Below, in pieces: positions 38,601-50,352 of a stretch of DNA of 64,000 nt. The position numbers were made by a program, and so were the translations under genes. The first letter of the stretch is position 1, and every line of letters begins with the position of its first letter. The stretch lies in NCBI GenBank assembly GCA_002633005.1, contig NMRA01000267.1:492976-556975 (forward strand), in the 5' to 3' direction. This DNA is from Phoronis australis. Its lineage: Eukaryota > Animalia > Phoronida. The notes below the pieces were generated by a model. It had not been told where the DNA came from. It saw only the letters and a list, made by a program, of their open reading frames with translations, and searched no databases.

Positions 38601-39130
38601 GACGAAGTGCAGTTCGTGTAATGCTTCGTACGCAAAAACTACATCAGAGGCAAGATTTTTTATTTTAGATTATGAACAGGTTAGGAATGACTAAACAAAT
38701 TATTACAAAGTCAATTTCAGGAAAGGTGCGTTATGGCTGCTACAGAGTGCCAAATTTGGCCGAAAATGGCTTCAGTGAAAACCTGAGAAATAGCCGTTTT
38801 TGCCTCACAAATTCAAAACGTACAAATTTAAAAATGGATTTTGAAAGTTATGTCATTAAATTATTCAGCTACTGCGCTTTCAGTTCGTATTATTCATTTG
38901 TTTTTACCTTACCATACATGTTAGTAAAATGCATTCAAACATGCCTACTTCGACGCCCAATTTTGTTGCAAAATGGAGGTACAGGTCATAAAAAGAAAAA
39001 TAATGAATGAAAATTCTTAGAAAGTGAGGTTTTTCTACATCTCAACAAACCAAACTCATGTGCTAAGTTTCAAAAAAATCGGTGATTTTGGGTATAGACT
39101 CTACCTGTTGGTTTTTATATGGAGTCACTC
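35671..39130 (+). mobile_element. Sola3 DNA transposon, internally deleted
   Basis: TTAA TSDs (35667-35670, 39131-39134); GAG...CTC termini with TIR core TCCATATAAAAACCA; transposase remnant inside. Confidence 0.8.
36860..37760 (+). pseudogene. Sola3 transposase C-terminal remnant
   Basis: RYDFSESQNGKDLCDRKIAPLK, HLDVGNH-like motif, G*AFKK..STRFSAKVKNFLTNIFDEGDKSGKNVHP, IGGFFSRL; frameshifted. Confidence 0.75.
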
Positions 39131-39134
39131 TTAA

Positions 39135-39590
39135 CTCCTATTTGAAACAAAAAATCAAAGGTATTTTGAAAGTTCAATGCACCTGTATAAATTCAATCAT
39201 GTTTCATAAATTCAGCCCTATTTTAGAAATTTAATGGTATTTTAGAAATTCTATTTTTTGCAATAACTTTAGCTGCCGCCCTATCTTTGCTTAGTCTCAT
39301 CAATCGAATACACGGTTGAATTCCCATAACAGAATTGAATTCACAAAACAGGATCGATTTGAAAATGACTGAATCTGCGAAACACTGTTGAATTAATAAA
39401 ATAGGATCGAATTTATGAAATGGAATTGAATTTGTAAAACAGGATTGTATTTCTAAAAATAGGATTAAAATATAAAACAGGATTGATTCGATGAAAGTAG
39501 CAGTGAATTTCTAAAAATAGGACTGATTTTCTAAAATGGAATCACATTTCTAAAATACCATTGGATTTCTAAAATAGGACTGAATTCAGA
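39135..39590. repeat. Array of ~21-bp repeats (AAAATAGGATTGAATTT-like) in two orientations, MITE-associated
   Basis: Units are inverted at 39135-39260 and forward at 39310-39590; the same unit occurs at 49820-50070 and 35620-35665. Confidence 0.7.
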
Positions 39591-41250
39591 CCCGTTATAG
39601 CCAGGGTTATACGAGGGGTGTTAGAATTTCGAAAACGCTGGACCTTTCGATGGCATTTCGCTAGAAGTAACGTCGACCATCTCCACCTTTTTAGCGCTCT
39701 TCTCAAGCTGACAATGAGCGACGCATTAAGTTTTCCGAGCTTTATTGTCAAGAAAATCAATACTTGAACAAAACCCAAAAGACAAGGCTACAATACACTA
39801 AACTCAATGTACATGCAAGTTCCACTCTACTAAGTACCTGCACTTCGCTCATTAGGTTAATACGCTACCAAATTTCATCTTCTTTTCTTTGCTCAAAACG
39901 CTGGACAACTCTGCCAATTACTATCTTTGATGCAATGAACAAGCAGCGCCAGGGATGACATTCTGTCACCACTCATGCTTGCTCGCATGAACGTGTTGAG
40001 TCTGCGTAATGTGCTAGTGGACCTCTCGCATTCACACGTCACTGGTAGTGCAGCCAAAATTGTCAGCAGTACATTGCCGTTCGGATACAAAGATTGGTCG
40101 CAGTCTTTAATAGTCTGGGCTCATTTTGCTGGGATTTCCACTTGTGCCTCCATCGTATCCTTTCCTGTTGAAGTAACTCGGGTGAGGACAGATCTGCTTT
40201 ATTTTTGTTGATGACCTCCGGCTCAGTTTCCCCGAAATGAGACGGAATCAATGCTAGGAGTGATGATGCCGTAACGGTTGTTCGAGAAAAACGGGCCTCA
40301 AATTCGGATGCAATGAGATGCAGAAACGGTATCACCTCTGTTCTCAAATAGTACTGTTTGACACTGGAATTTGGTGGATTTGCATGATGTGTTTGGCGAA
40401 GCGCTTGTCGCGGCATGCTGGGTTCTACACCAACCTCCCGAGCCATGGCAACAGCTTGGTGGTTAAATGCCATCGAAGACTTCATCCACAGTTTTGAGAA
40501 GTTTGAATCTCATTCACTATTCCGTACGTTTGTGCAATATCAACTGTTGTGCTCTGCAATTTCATTGTAATGCCTTTTAGCTGAGCCACTACGTGAATGG
40601 CCGACTTTTCGAAAATAAAGCCCAAGAAACGTAGAACGCACCATCAATTTTTGAGCTATAGGATACTGAATTGCCAAACTTTTTAAACCAAGCGTGTTTG
40701 AATGATGGATTACAACCCACCGCATACTGTGTTGGAAAGATGTAGTCGGGAGAACGGTTTGTCGTGATTTTTGATATGGTTATATTTTTGCATGTTTGCC
40801 TAAGGCGTTGGAAACCTTTTCTATCGAGTATGTTGCTCGAACGAACTCTGCGAGGTCGTGCACCATTGGCATTGATTTGCTGTCAACATCGGGCTTTTCT
40901 TCAATGATTGAAGATTGGTTACTGGACATAGGCGTACATGTACTTGTTCCGGCCTGTGAACAGCACCCGTGTCCACATCGGGGTTTTCTGTAAAAACACG
41001 ATAGTTAAACGTCTGTTTTTCGGAGCGGGGGCTATAGTGAAGAAACGTAAGCTGAACTTAAAGAATGGAAACCCATACAAATATGTGCATCATGATGCAT
41101 GTCAATCCAGCGATCCACAAGTACAGTGTACATTGTAAGTCCCAACAGAATGCGCAATAGCTTTCGATATGGAATTCAAAAAGCCTGCTATACATTCTCA
41201 CTAGCAACAACCTTATTAAAAGTCTGAAAAAACAAAGGATTGTGTAGCAT
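39590..41250 (-). mobile_element. hAT transposon remnant (ZMYM1/THAP12-like), internally deleted
   Basis: TTF-type Zn-finger remnant DYIFPTQYAVGCNPSFKHAWFKKFGNSVSYSSKIDGAF joined to the C-terminus MPRQALRQTHHAN...YYLRTEVIPFL...RFS...YPN...LLTILAALPVT.CECERSTSTLRRLNTFMRASMSGDRMSSLALL (hAT dimerisation domain). Confidence 0.85.
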
Positions 41251-43098
41251 TCTCAACTCACAAGCACCACTCATGATACATGTAACTGAACTTCATTCTG
41301 CTACCGAGAATTCTAATCGATTAGTTCACAGCAAAAAAGTCCCAGCATAGGAAAATCCCAAATTTGTCAGTTTTCTCTCCAAAATTACCACTTCCCTGCA
41401 AGCGCGATAACAAATCTGACTACAAACCCAGAATGCTCGTTCTCTCTGAATTCTAAAAATGTGACCATAGTACACCCCTTACGAGCTGCCCGCTTGGCAA
41501 CTTTGAACTTTTTGACGGCCAACTGAAATCGCACCCGGTTTCTCAGATTACAGGCGGTGAAAGCAAACTGCAGCCGCCATTTTGCATCAATTAATTAGGT
41601 CACGATTAAAAAACTTGGCTTTTCTCATTCAAAAGCACAAGCACATCAGTTTCCTTGAAATCATTTTCAACGCAGTCCTCAAAACAACCGCCAATCCTGT
41701 CGGCGTTGAATAAAACTCGTTGTCTTCAGAGGCTCCTTGAAATTGTCACTTTTTTCCTGGGAGTAATTATAGACCGGGATCCCAGAGCTTTTTTGGGCAT
41801 GAAAAGGTAACCAATTTTCTTTGGTGCCACAGTGCTCTGTAGGTATCCTGAAGCTTGGAAATGGCCGTCTGGCAGGTTCGCTCTGGTGGGTGTGGTCAGG
41901 GGAGCTAAGAGAATTACACTCAAAAATTAAGCTAGATCAACTTTTCTGGTAACCACTTAAAACTGCCTTCGATACCTGCTACGTCATCCATTGTATCAAA
42001 ATTGGTCAATGCCAGACAATTTCAGTGGAGGGGAGTACCCGCCAGACGAACATATACGGGGTACAAAAATTGAGCTAGATCAATCCAAGAGGTAACAGCT
42101 TGAAACCAGTCGCAAAATATTCACCGTAAGCCCAGGTATCACGAATGAGCACTGCCAGACAAATCTAGTGGTGGGTTACCCCCGCCAGACACGCCCAAAT
42201 ACCTGAATTGAGCTAGATCACCCATCAGGTAACTGTTTGAAACCAATTGCACGATGTTCAGCATCACTGGACATGGCACAACAGCTACATGTAGATGCCA
42301 GACAATTTCAGTGGTGGGGTGCCCCTGCCAGACGATTATCAAAAAGGGTTAAAAATTGAGCTAGATCAACCCAAGAGGTAACTGCCTAAAACCAGTTGCA
42401 AAATATTCGCCGTAAGCCCAGGTATGAAGAATAAAACATGCCAGACAAATCTAGTGGTGGGTTATCCCCGCCAGACACGCCCAAGTACCTGAGTTGAGCT
42501 AGATCAACCCGCCAGGTAACCGCTTGAAACCATTTGCATAATGTCGAGCAACATTCTGCATGCAATAAAAGTTACTTTAAAGACATTTTTAGCGGTGGGA
42601 CAGTAGCGTGCAGAGGTTTGATCGATGTAAGGGCGACTTTTTTTAGACGCCCCTATCTCTCTACTCAAATGCATATATCCTATTCAGGCCCGTAGCCAGC
42701 ATGGTGGTTCGAGTTTCAAGAACGGTGGATCTTGGTATTTTGCAAACGTCGACACTGTAGAGTTTTCGGTGATGCCTTTGACGCAGCTTAATTAGGGGGA
42801 AGGGAAATCTGTATACATGACAAAGACTCATGTTCATGAGATGAGACGGAATTTGAAATACCAGATACGAGGATGCTGTGACGGTTGCTCGCAAAGAACG
42901 GGACACAAATTAGGATGTAATGTGGTCCAAAAAGAGATCATTTCCTGCCGAAGTTTCAAATCAGCCATGCTTAAATGAGTGATTATACCTCATTGCATAC
43001 TCAGACGGAAATATGAAGTCTAGTTGGTGAATGAACAAACTTGTATATCTGGTTGTATTTTAGCGTGTTACTTAAGTTGCTTACATCCCTGGAAATGG

Positions 43099-44189
43099 GG
43101 ACATCCCACTATTTCGAAAGTTTTCTACTCGGAAGGTTCACCGACTATTCCGAAGGTTCAACGATTCACCACTCCGAAGATTAACCGCTCCAAACATATC
43201 TAAACTTCCAGACTGAGATTTAATTTTTGAACTTTTGCATGCTAAAATAAACGATACATGTATTTCGGCTATTAGATGCACCTATACCGAAAACAACGCC
43301 CGGCACTAAAAGACTTTGGGTTTTATGTAGACAATGACCATCGTCTCCAGCTGGCCAGCACAACTAGAAACGGTAGTCAGATTTCATGCTCATGCGAAAT
43401 TGCCCGCATGTCTTAAAATGAGTACGCACTTGCATTTTAAGATGATATGAAGTAGGAATACAGATGAATCATCAGCCATGACACAATTCATCAAATTCAT
43501 GTCAAGATCGAATCGTAGCGCGACGCACACTGCCGGGTCGAAATTAAATGAAGTTACTAGACCACCCTGTCCCTGCCAGTCCTCATGAAGTCGGGGAGTC
43601 CCATTTAGTCTTCTTAAATTTGAAACCGCCGTTGGTCGCCGTAGCCGTGCCCCAGATGTTGTCTCTGCTTGAGAATGAGTCGTGATCACACAACCAAAAT
43701 AGTGAACTGTCGGAATTCTGGGCCCAGTCTCGAATCTTTTGGCTCTAAATGGAACTCGAAATAATGTTTGGCATTTTTTAATCTACTTTGGTGCGAACTC
43801 AAGATAAGTGTCCATTACTCAATGCTCGAATACATAATGACTTACGTGGATGATTGATGAGTCATATTTTGCAGTTGACAAAACCAACATTAAAGCTAAA
43901 AGTTTGAGTTTAAACTCGAAATTTCGAATTTTTACTCGTGTTTGTTGTACGCATATAAGCGTTTTTAAGTGCAAACTTGGACTAGAAACTCATATGCATG
44001 AACTATAATTATTTGAGCACAATCTGAGTTCGCACAAAAGGAGCAGAGAAATTGCCAAAAATAATTTCCAGTTCGTTTCGAGTACAAAGATTAAAGACCT
44101 AGCCCAGGGTTTGGAATAGTGGAAATTCAAAATAGTGATCTTTAGAAGATAACGAACCTTCAGAGTAATGGGAATTCTGAGTACTGGAC
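43099..44189. mobile_element. MITE with subterminal ACTATTCCGAAGGTT repeats, nested in the hAT derivative
   Basis: Repeated CTATTCCGAAGGTTC at 43110-43190 and inverted GAACCTTCGGAGTA(G/T) at 44150-44180; the host CCCTGGAAAT is repeated either side. Confidence 0.6.
43721..44104. mobile_element. Harbinger-type MITE, same family as 8944-9344
   Basis: GGCCCAGTCTCGAATCTTT ... AAAGATTAAAGACCTAGCC; CTG/CAG flanks; colinear interior. Confidence 0.85.
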
Positions 44190-45599
44190 CTTCGGAGTAT
44201 TGAACCTTCGTCATAGTGACATGGAACCCTGGAAATCTTTTCCATCTAGTTTGTGGCTCGTATGAAGTCTGCAGGGTTGTGCACCATTGACATTGATTGA
44301 CTAGAGAAGATTTTCAGTGACCAAAATTGAGTTCTATGCCTACCTTTCCATTATAACGTGAAAATGCTCAGTGGTGTTTTCTCAGTGCAAGAAAACACAG
44401 TAGCTTGGCAAGACGGAGGACTGACTATAATGACCTTACTGTCAGCATGTTCTGAATTTAAAAGAACAGAAACGTTCAAACGTGTACACGCATGCATGTC
44501 AATCCATCCAACAATCAAAGTGGACACTGGTTGAACAACATATTTGCAAATTTGACGATCACTTTCAATTCAAAATTTGAAAATGCCTACACCTCTACCG
44601 TACTGTGCTTGCAATTAAACCAAAAATAGCAGAATAACAAATCTCAATTTTTCTGCTGTTGTGTTTCTTGGCCGAGTTTAAGGCATTCACACCGCACTAC
44701 TTTTTGGGAGTTCTCTCGTTGTTATTTATATTTACATGAAGCTTACTTAGGTCTTAGGACTTTTATGCTTAGGTATAGACATTCGATTCTGGACTCACTT
44801 GTTACCCTTTGTTGTAGCCACCACGCGCATGGTTTATGAATAACATAAAGCCTTCTCTTATCTTAAGCGCGATCCTGTCATCTACACAAACAGCGGCACT
44901 CGGGCGAAGTTTGCCGAGTTCGCTCCGACGCCACGTGACGCGGTTTGAATCAGAAGCGGATTCAAAGTTATTGCTAACTTAGTTATCATTGTAGTTAGCA
45001 CCAGTAGCTTCAACAATTTTGTTGTTATTGTCCAATTAAACCCTATCTTTAACGAATATGCTGGGGGGTGGACCTTTTCAGCGGGGTAGGGGTTCGATCG
45101 AACTCTCCGAACCCTCCCCCCGGCTACGGGCTATGGACATGTACTCAATAAAAGTAAACAGGTGAAGCATAAACTAGATTCTTTATTTAATTAAACTGCA
45201 ATTCAGTCACTATTTCCAAAAATATTATACATAGTGGTTGGATACCCCCTTCCCCAATGTGGATGCCCGGGTCCGTCGCCACGGTGGCTGAGCACCATAT
45301 ACAACATCTATGGATAATTAATTCGAGCGTGTTTTATATTCACTATGAAGACAAAAAGCGAACAGTTCCATTGCCCGCATATCTGTGTCGTGCCAATGAA
45401 ATGATTGTCAATCTAACTAAACTGAAAAATAATAGGACTCATTATACCCACGAATCAGTTGTGAATAACATGTTCGCAACATGAACAGAATTTTTTATCT
45501 ACGTTACAGCTTTGATAGTTTCCACGGAATCTAACACGACCATACGTACCCAATATCAGGTGCCGCCGAGGTGTTTTCAGCTTTTTTGGAGAACACCAT

Positions 45600-45800
45600 G
45601 TCAAACACAAAAAATACAGACTGTTTCAAAGAGAGTTCAACAGCCCATCTATTGAAGCTCTTCCTCGTACGTAGCGCTGAGAACGCACCGTTTTCAAGCG
45701 CTTCACGTATTATTGGATTTGCCAATTTCAACTTTTGGTAAAACAATGTTCCCCATCTGGCGTAGTTTGGGCGGTTCAAGGCAAAGAATACATCTAGCGT
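45600..45800 (-). pseudogene. Academ transposase fragment
   Basis: FALNRPNYARWGTLFYQKL...NGAFSALRTRKSFNRWAVELSLKQ (NYARW and D...EQ region). Confidence 0.75.
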
Positions 45801-48800
45801 ATATGTAGTCGGAAAAATGTTGATATAGCCACTGAAGTCATTGTTTTTGACGCATCTCTGGAGTTCTCTGAAGATTGCCCAAAACTGATCAGTTTTCCAA
45901 ACTTGCCATTAATCCCTGTGTGAAATGAATTGGCGCGCAAACATAACGCAGGCGACAGCAAAAGAGGCTTTTTATTGTTATTCCTTTTAGCAGTTGCATC
46001 AAATGACTCGTCCGAAAACAAAGGGACGCAGTTTAGACTGGTAAAATAGGACAACGAAAAATGGAAATTAGTGAAAACACAATGTGCTTTCCGTCTTGGA
46101 CGGGTTTTTAGGTTTTGTTTTTAATAGTGAATTATGTGGAGTATTCCGCTCTTTTCTCATAGACTTGTGAGGTCGCTCCAACCTCAGGAGCGATTTTTCT
46201 GGTTTTCATGCAATAACATAAACTTGCAGACAAAAATCTCACCTTGTGAGGTGACCTATGTCGTACAGACTTAGTGGCTTTATTGAAAATCGAAGTGCCT
46301 GGTTCCTGATTGTGATGCTTATTCAGCGTGAAGTGGGCTTATAATTAATTTTGTTTCGACTCTTTAGTTGTCTGATGGAGACATCTTATTGTTTTGCCAC
46401 GTGCAATGATGCTGAACATCGGGCGGTTGGTTTCAAGCGGTTTCCTGGTGGGTTGATCTAGCTCAACTCAGGTACTTGGGCGTGTCTGGCGGGGATAACC
46501 CACCACTAGATTTGTCTGGCAATATTTATTCTTGATACCTGAGCTTACGGCGAATATTTTGCAACTGGTTTCATGCGGTTACCTCTTGGGTTGATCTAGC
46601 TCAATTCATGTATTTGGACGTGTCTGGCGGGGCTAACCCACCACTAGATTTGTCTGTCAGTGTTTATTCGTGATACCTTGACTCACGGTGAATATTTTGG
46701 AACTGGTTTTAGGCGGTTACCTCTTGGGTTGATCTAGCTCAATTTTTAACCCTCTTTGATAATCGTCTGGCAGAGGCACCCCACCACTGACATCTAACTG
46801 CTGTGCCATGTTCAGTGATGCTGAACATCGTGCAATTGATTTCAAACGGTTACCTGATGGGTTGATCTAGCTCAATTCAGGTATTTGGGCGTGTCTGGCG
46901 GGGGTAACCCACCACTTGATTTGTCTGGCAGTGTTCATTCGTGATACCTGGGCTTACGGTGAATATTTTGCGACTGGTTTCAAGCGGTTACCTCTTGGAT
47001 TGATCTAGCTCAATTTTTGTACCCTGTATATGTTCGTCTGGCGGGTACTCCCCACCACTGAAATTGTCTGGCAGTGACCAATTTTGATACAATGAATGAC
47101 GTAGCAGGTATCGAAGGCAGTTTTAAGTGGTTACCAGAAAAGTTGATCTACATGTAGCTCAATTTTTTAGAGTAATTCCCTTGGCTCCCCTGACCAAACC
47201 CACCAGAGCGAACCTGCCAGACGGCCATTTCCAAGCATCAGGATACCTACAGAGCATTGTGGCACCAAAGAAAATTGGTTACCTTTTCATGCCCAAAAAA
47301 GCTCTGGGATCCCGGTCTATTATTCCCTACAATTCGAAAAGATAAATCAATAAGGCCAAGCACACTCGGTCTAGTCTCACCATAGACGTCAATTCAGTAA
47401 CTGAAATAACCAGCACTGACTTCTGATACCAAGTGCATTTGCTAGATAACATCTGACCTGTCAGCTGGGCCAATCAATATGTTCAGCATAGGGTTTCTTG
47501 CATCTATTCGTCAGCAAAGATGGTTATGTTTCTAGATGAAACATCAATATCCTTATAATCAGTTCGCCATGGGGCGAACATGTCATCAGTTCCAGAGAAA
47601 GTAACCATAGCTGCTCTTATCCACCCTTACCAGAGCTGATACCCCCTTTGAGAAGCCACGTGGAAAACTGTCCAGTAAGCAAGACTATTTTCGATGACTA
47701 GCCATAATGGCGTACAAGTCCATAAACCAATCCAACGGGGCAGGCACTAGTTACTTGGTTAGGGGGCACAGAACGGTTCTTACGGGGGTTTGTCGATCAG
47801 AACACTAGTCAATGGACTCGTCACCCCTGTATGCAAAGAATGAAACTTTTGAGTCGTGTCACGTCACAAGCCGTACAGGTGATCACAGCAACTTTATTCT
47901 CTCTTGTACATTTGACTCTTTTACTCGTGCTGAAAAGACAGGTAGACTAAAAAATATAAAAGGGTAAAGAATCACAAAATCGGCACTTTTCACCCCAAAA
48001 CCACCACTTCCCTGCCGATGCACGACATGAGCCAACACCAGATTCTGACTGAAGCAAATTTCCTACAGATTCAAAAATGTGGTACAAAAGTACTGTTAAC
48101 CAACAATTTTTTGCAATTGTGGTTTGTTTGAGGGCTACCTGAAATCGCTAGCCAGTAATGCTCAAGTGCAACAGGGGGTCGAAATCTTGAAGAAGAATGC
48201 GGCGATAGCCGAGCAAGTGGTCTCTCCTTATTCCCAGAATGTTCACAAATACCAACAACCCTCATTCACTGAGCTTACATGCAACACCTACATAAAATTG
48301 CCTCTAAGCCTGGCCTATGCCTAGATTTTACTATTTTGACACTAAATCGGCCGCGGAAGCAGCCTAACTGTTAAGTGCCACCTTAGTTTGGTAGGATGAA
48401 TTGAATTCTTGTTCTGAAATTGTTTTATACTTCTCTTCTAGCAGAAAACTAACCATGCCGATTTAAATGACAATAACCAACATAGATTTCAAAGCTTCGT
48501 TTACTATGCCAAGAATTAACTTGAGATGGCCGCAAAACTGCAAATCAATACGTTTGTATAATAAGAAACATCTACTGGTTCGGTCAAGGTTGCTGAATAT
48601 CTCAGTGGCTGATTAAAAAAGTCATGCAAGAATTGTATTTTCCATTATCATTACAACAGACGTTTTAACCAAAAGCCCATCGCGGCTTTGTACAAATTCT
48701 GACTTTAAGTATCAGAATACGCCAAAGTAAAATTATGTACTATACAATGAAGTAACAAAGCAACAAAACTTCACATTCAACCCGAAGCACAATTTACACA

Positions 48801-49105
48801 TACATGTACATGTACACTTGGACAGTATAGTAAAACCAACTTCAAGCAACAAAAACCGTAAATTTCCGGAAAATAGGCTCGTGGGAGATCGACCTCTAAC
48901 GGGAACGGAAACAAAATAAATGCTCGGACTTGTTTCAGGAAAGGGAGTAAGGGAGGGTGCCTACTTTATGATGTAGTTTTAAAGCATATAATTATATTTC
49001 AATCAACACCGTCTGGATTATACTTTATTATGATTTTTCTACGCGAATACTTTGGCGTGGCATAATAATTTGTAAAATGGCACCATATAACACTACCGCC
49101 ACCAA

Positions 49106-49139
49106 AAACAACAACAGTAACAGCAACAGCAACAACAGC

Positions 49140-49186
<47 letters not shown>
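49106..49186. repeat. (CAA)n/(CAG) microsatellite
   Basis: Directly visible. Confidence 0.95.
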
Positions 49187-49808
49187 CGTCAGGTTACATC
49201 TGTGTTTGTAGGAATCACTAGAAATTAGGAATAAATTGAATAACAAAGAATAAAATACAATTTCTTAAAACTCAACATGCATCTATAGAAAAATACATAT
49301 TGAAAAATGGATAGACTGAACCGATTTAAACATGGTGTACAGGGATCTCTGGAATAAATGAAATGCGACGATATAACCGTGTGTTATTGACATTGTAACT
49401 GCCAGTTCGATTCATGTCCGCCGCCCGTATTTTGACAACAAGTAGACACCTTCCAGATTAGGCAGTTTGGAGAGCCTCCTACTCAAACGCTCAAGTCTGG
49501 ACACAGCTAAGATGGTCGACGCAGCACTGAAATAAGTTGAGGGATGTAGCCCCCCAGCCCCCTACGGTTTGCCGCGTATGTGACAATGGGCGGCGCAGCA
49601 CTGAAATTACTGGGCGGCTATAGCCCTCCCATTCCCCTATGGTGCGCCGCCAATGCTGTAGCGTCGTCGTCATTGAATACAGACGCAGCGTTGTGGAGAG
49701 TCCTTTGAATATTTGCAATCCCATTCCCGAAGCAACTATGGTCGGCCATTTCTAGTCACATGTCAACAGAGTTCTCCACGGACAGGATATTGAAATTTAG
49801 TTTCGTTA

Positions 49809-50089
49809 TACGGGCACCCACATGACTGAATTTTCAAAACAGATTCAATTTTGCTAAATAAGATTGATTTCATAAAATAGGATTACATTCATAAAATAGG
49901 ATTAAATTCATGAAATAGGGTTGGATTTATAAAATATTGTTACATACCTAACATAGAATTGATTTTCCTCAGTAGGATTGGATTTAAAGAATAGCATTGA
50001 ATTTTCAAAGTAGGAATAATAGTTATTTTAAATAAGATTGGATTCATTAATTGGCATTGAATTTACAAAGGTTGACGGCTGCTTACGTA
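49809..50089. repeat. MITE-like element filled with ~21-bp AAATAGGATTGAATT repeats
   Basis: TACGGGCA... / ...GCTGCTTACGTA ends; same unit as 39135-39590. Confidence 0.55.
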
Positions 50090-50136
50090 TTGTGACAAGA
50101 TAAATCGCGTCTACCTTCCAAGTAGTAAGGAAGATG

Positions 50137-50352
50137 ACTTTCTAAAACCGCTCTGGAGTGGTGGCGTGTTACTATTATTAAAATCTCTTGGTCTATTTAC
50201 ACCGACCTCTTGTCTACACTGTCACGACGTTGCGTTCTTCTAAGAACGCGGCAACACCTGACGATGGCCGGAGAATAGACCGACCGAAACGTCGTGACAG
50301 TGTAAATAGACAAGAGGTCGGTGTAAATAGACCAAGAGATTTTAATAATAGT
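50137..50352 (+). mobile_element. Penelope-like terminal-repeat (retrozyme-like) insertion with inverted arms and flanking direct repeat
   Basis: Near-perfect inverted arms 50171-50231 / 50288-50352; direct repeat TAGTAAGGAAGATG at 50123-50136 and 50349-50362. Confidence 0.7.
50222..50304 (+). ncRNA. Hammerhead ribozyme-like motif
   Basis: CTGACGA(50258-50264)-T-GGCCGG/AGAATAGA/CCGACC (stem II)-GAAA(50286-50289)-CGTCGTG, able to pair with the upstream CACGACGT(T). Confidence 0.6.

Larger units (their letters stand above)
42685..45135 (-). mobile_element. Non-autonomous hAT derivative nested in the Academ element
   Basis: TIRs CAGGCCCGTAGCC / GGCTACGGGCTATG; internal pieces match 39600-39680, 40235-40330 and 40855-41150; no clean TSD. 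Confidence 0.65.
41770..47319 (-). mobile_element. Academ DNA transposon, internally deleted, with ~0.85-kb TIRs built from ~120-bp tandem units
   Basis: TAGACCGGGATCCCAGAGC... / ...GCTCTGGGATCCCGGTCTA; TAG...CTA termini; 3-bp TSD TTA (41767-41769, 47320-47322); transposase remnant inside. Confidence 0.85.

Noticed and set aside
41930-47160. Regularly spaced repeats resembling a CRISPR array
   Set aside because: The intervening sequences are also repeated (no unique spacers), the arrays are mirror-image TIR arms, the context is eukaryotic, and there are no cas genes.
41726-47345. Near-identical ORFs 41726-41923(-) and 47127-47345(+) as a duplicated small gene
   Set aside because: They are translations of the two Academ TIRs.
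47400-47720. Possible Penelope RT fragment (DDMFAPW)
   Set aside because: A single weak motif with no supporting RT motifs in frame.
49028-49246. Poly-Leu 'membrane protein' ORF
   Set aside because: Translation of a (CAA)n microsatellite.
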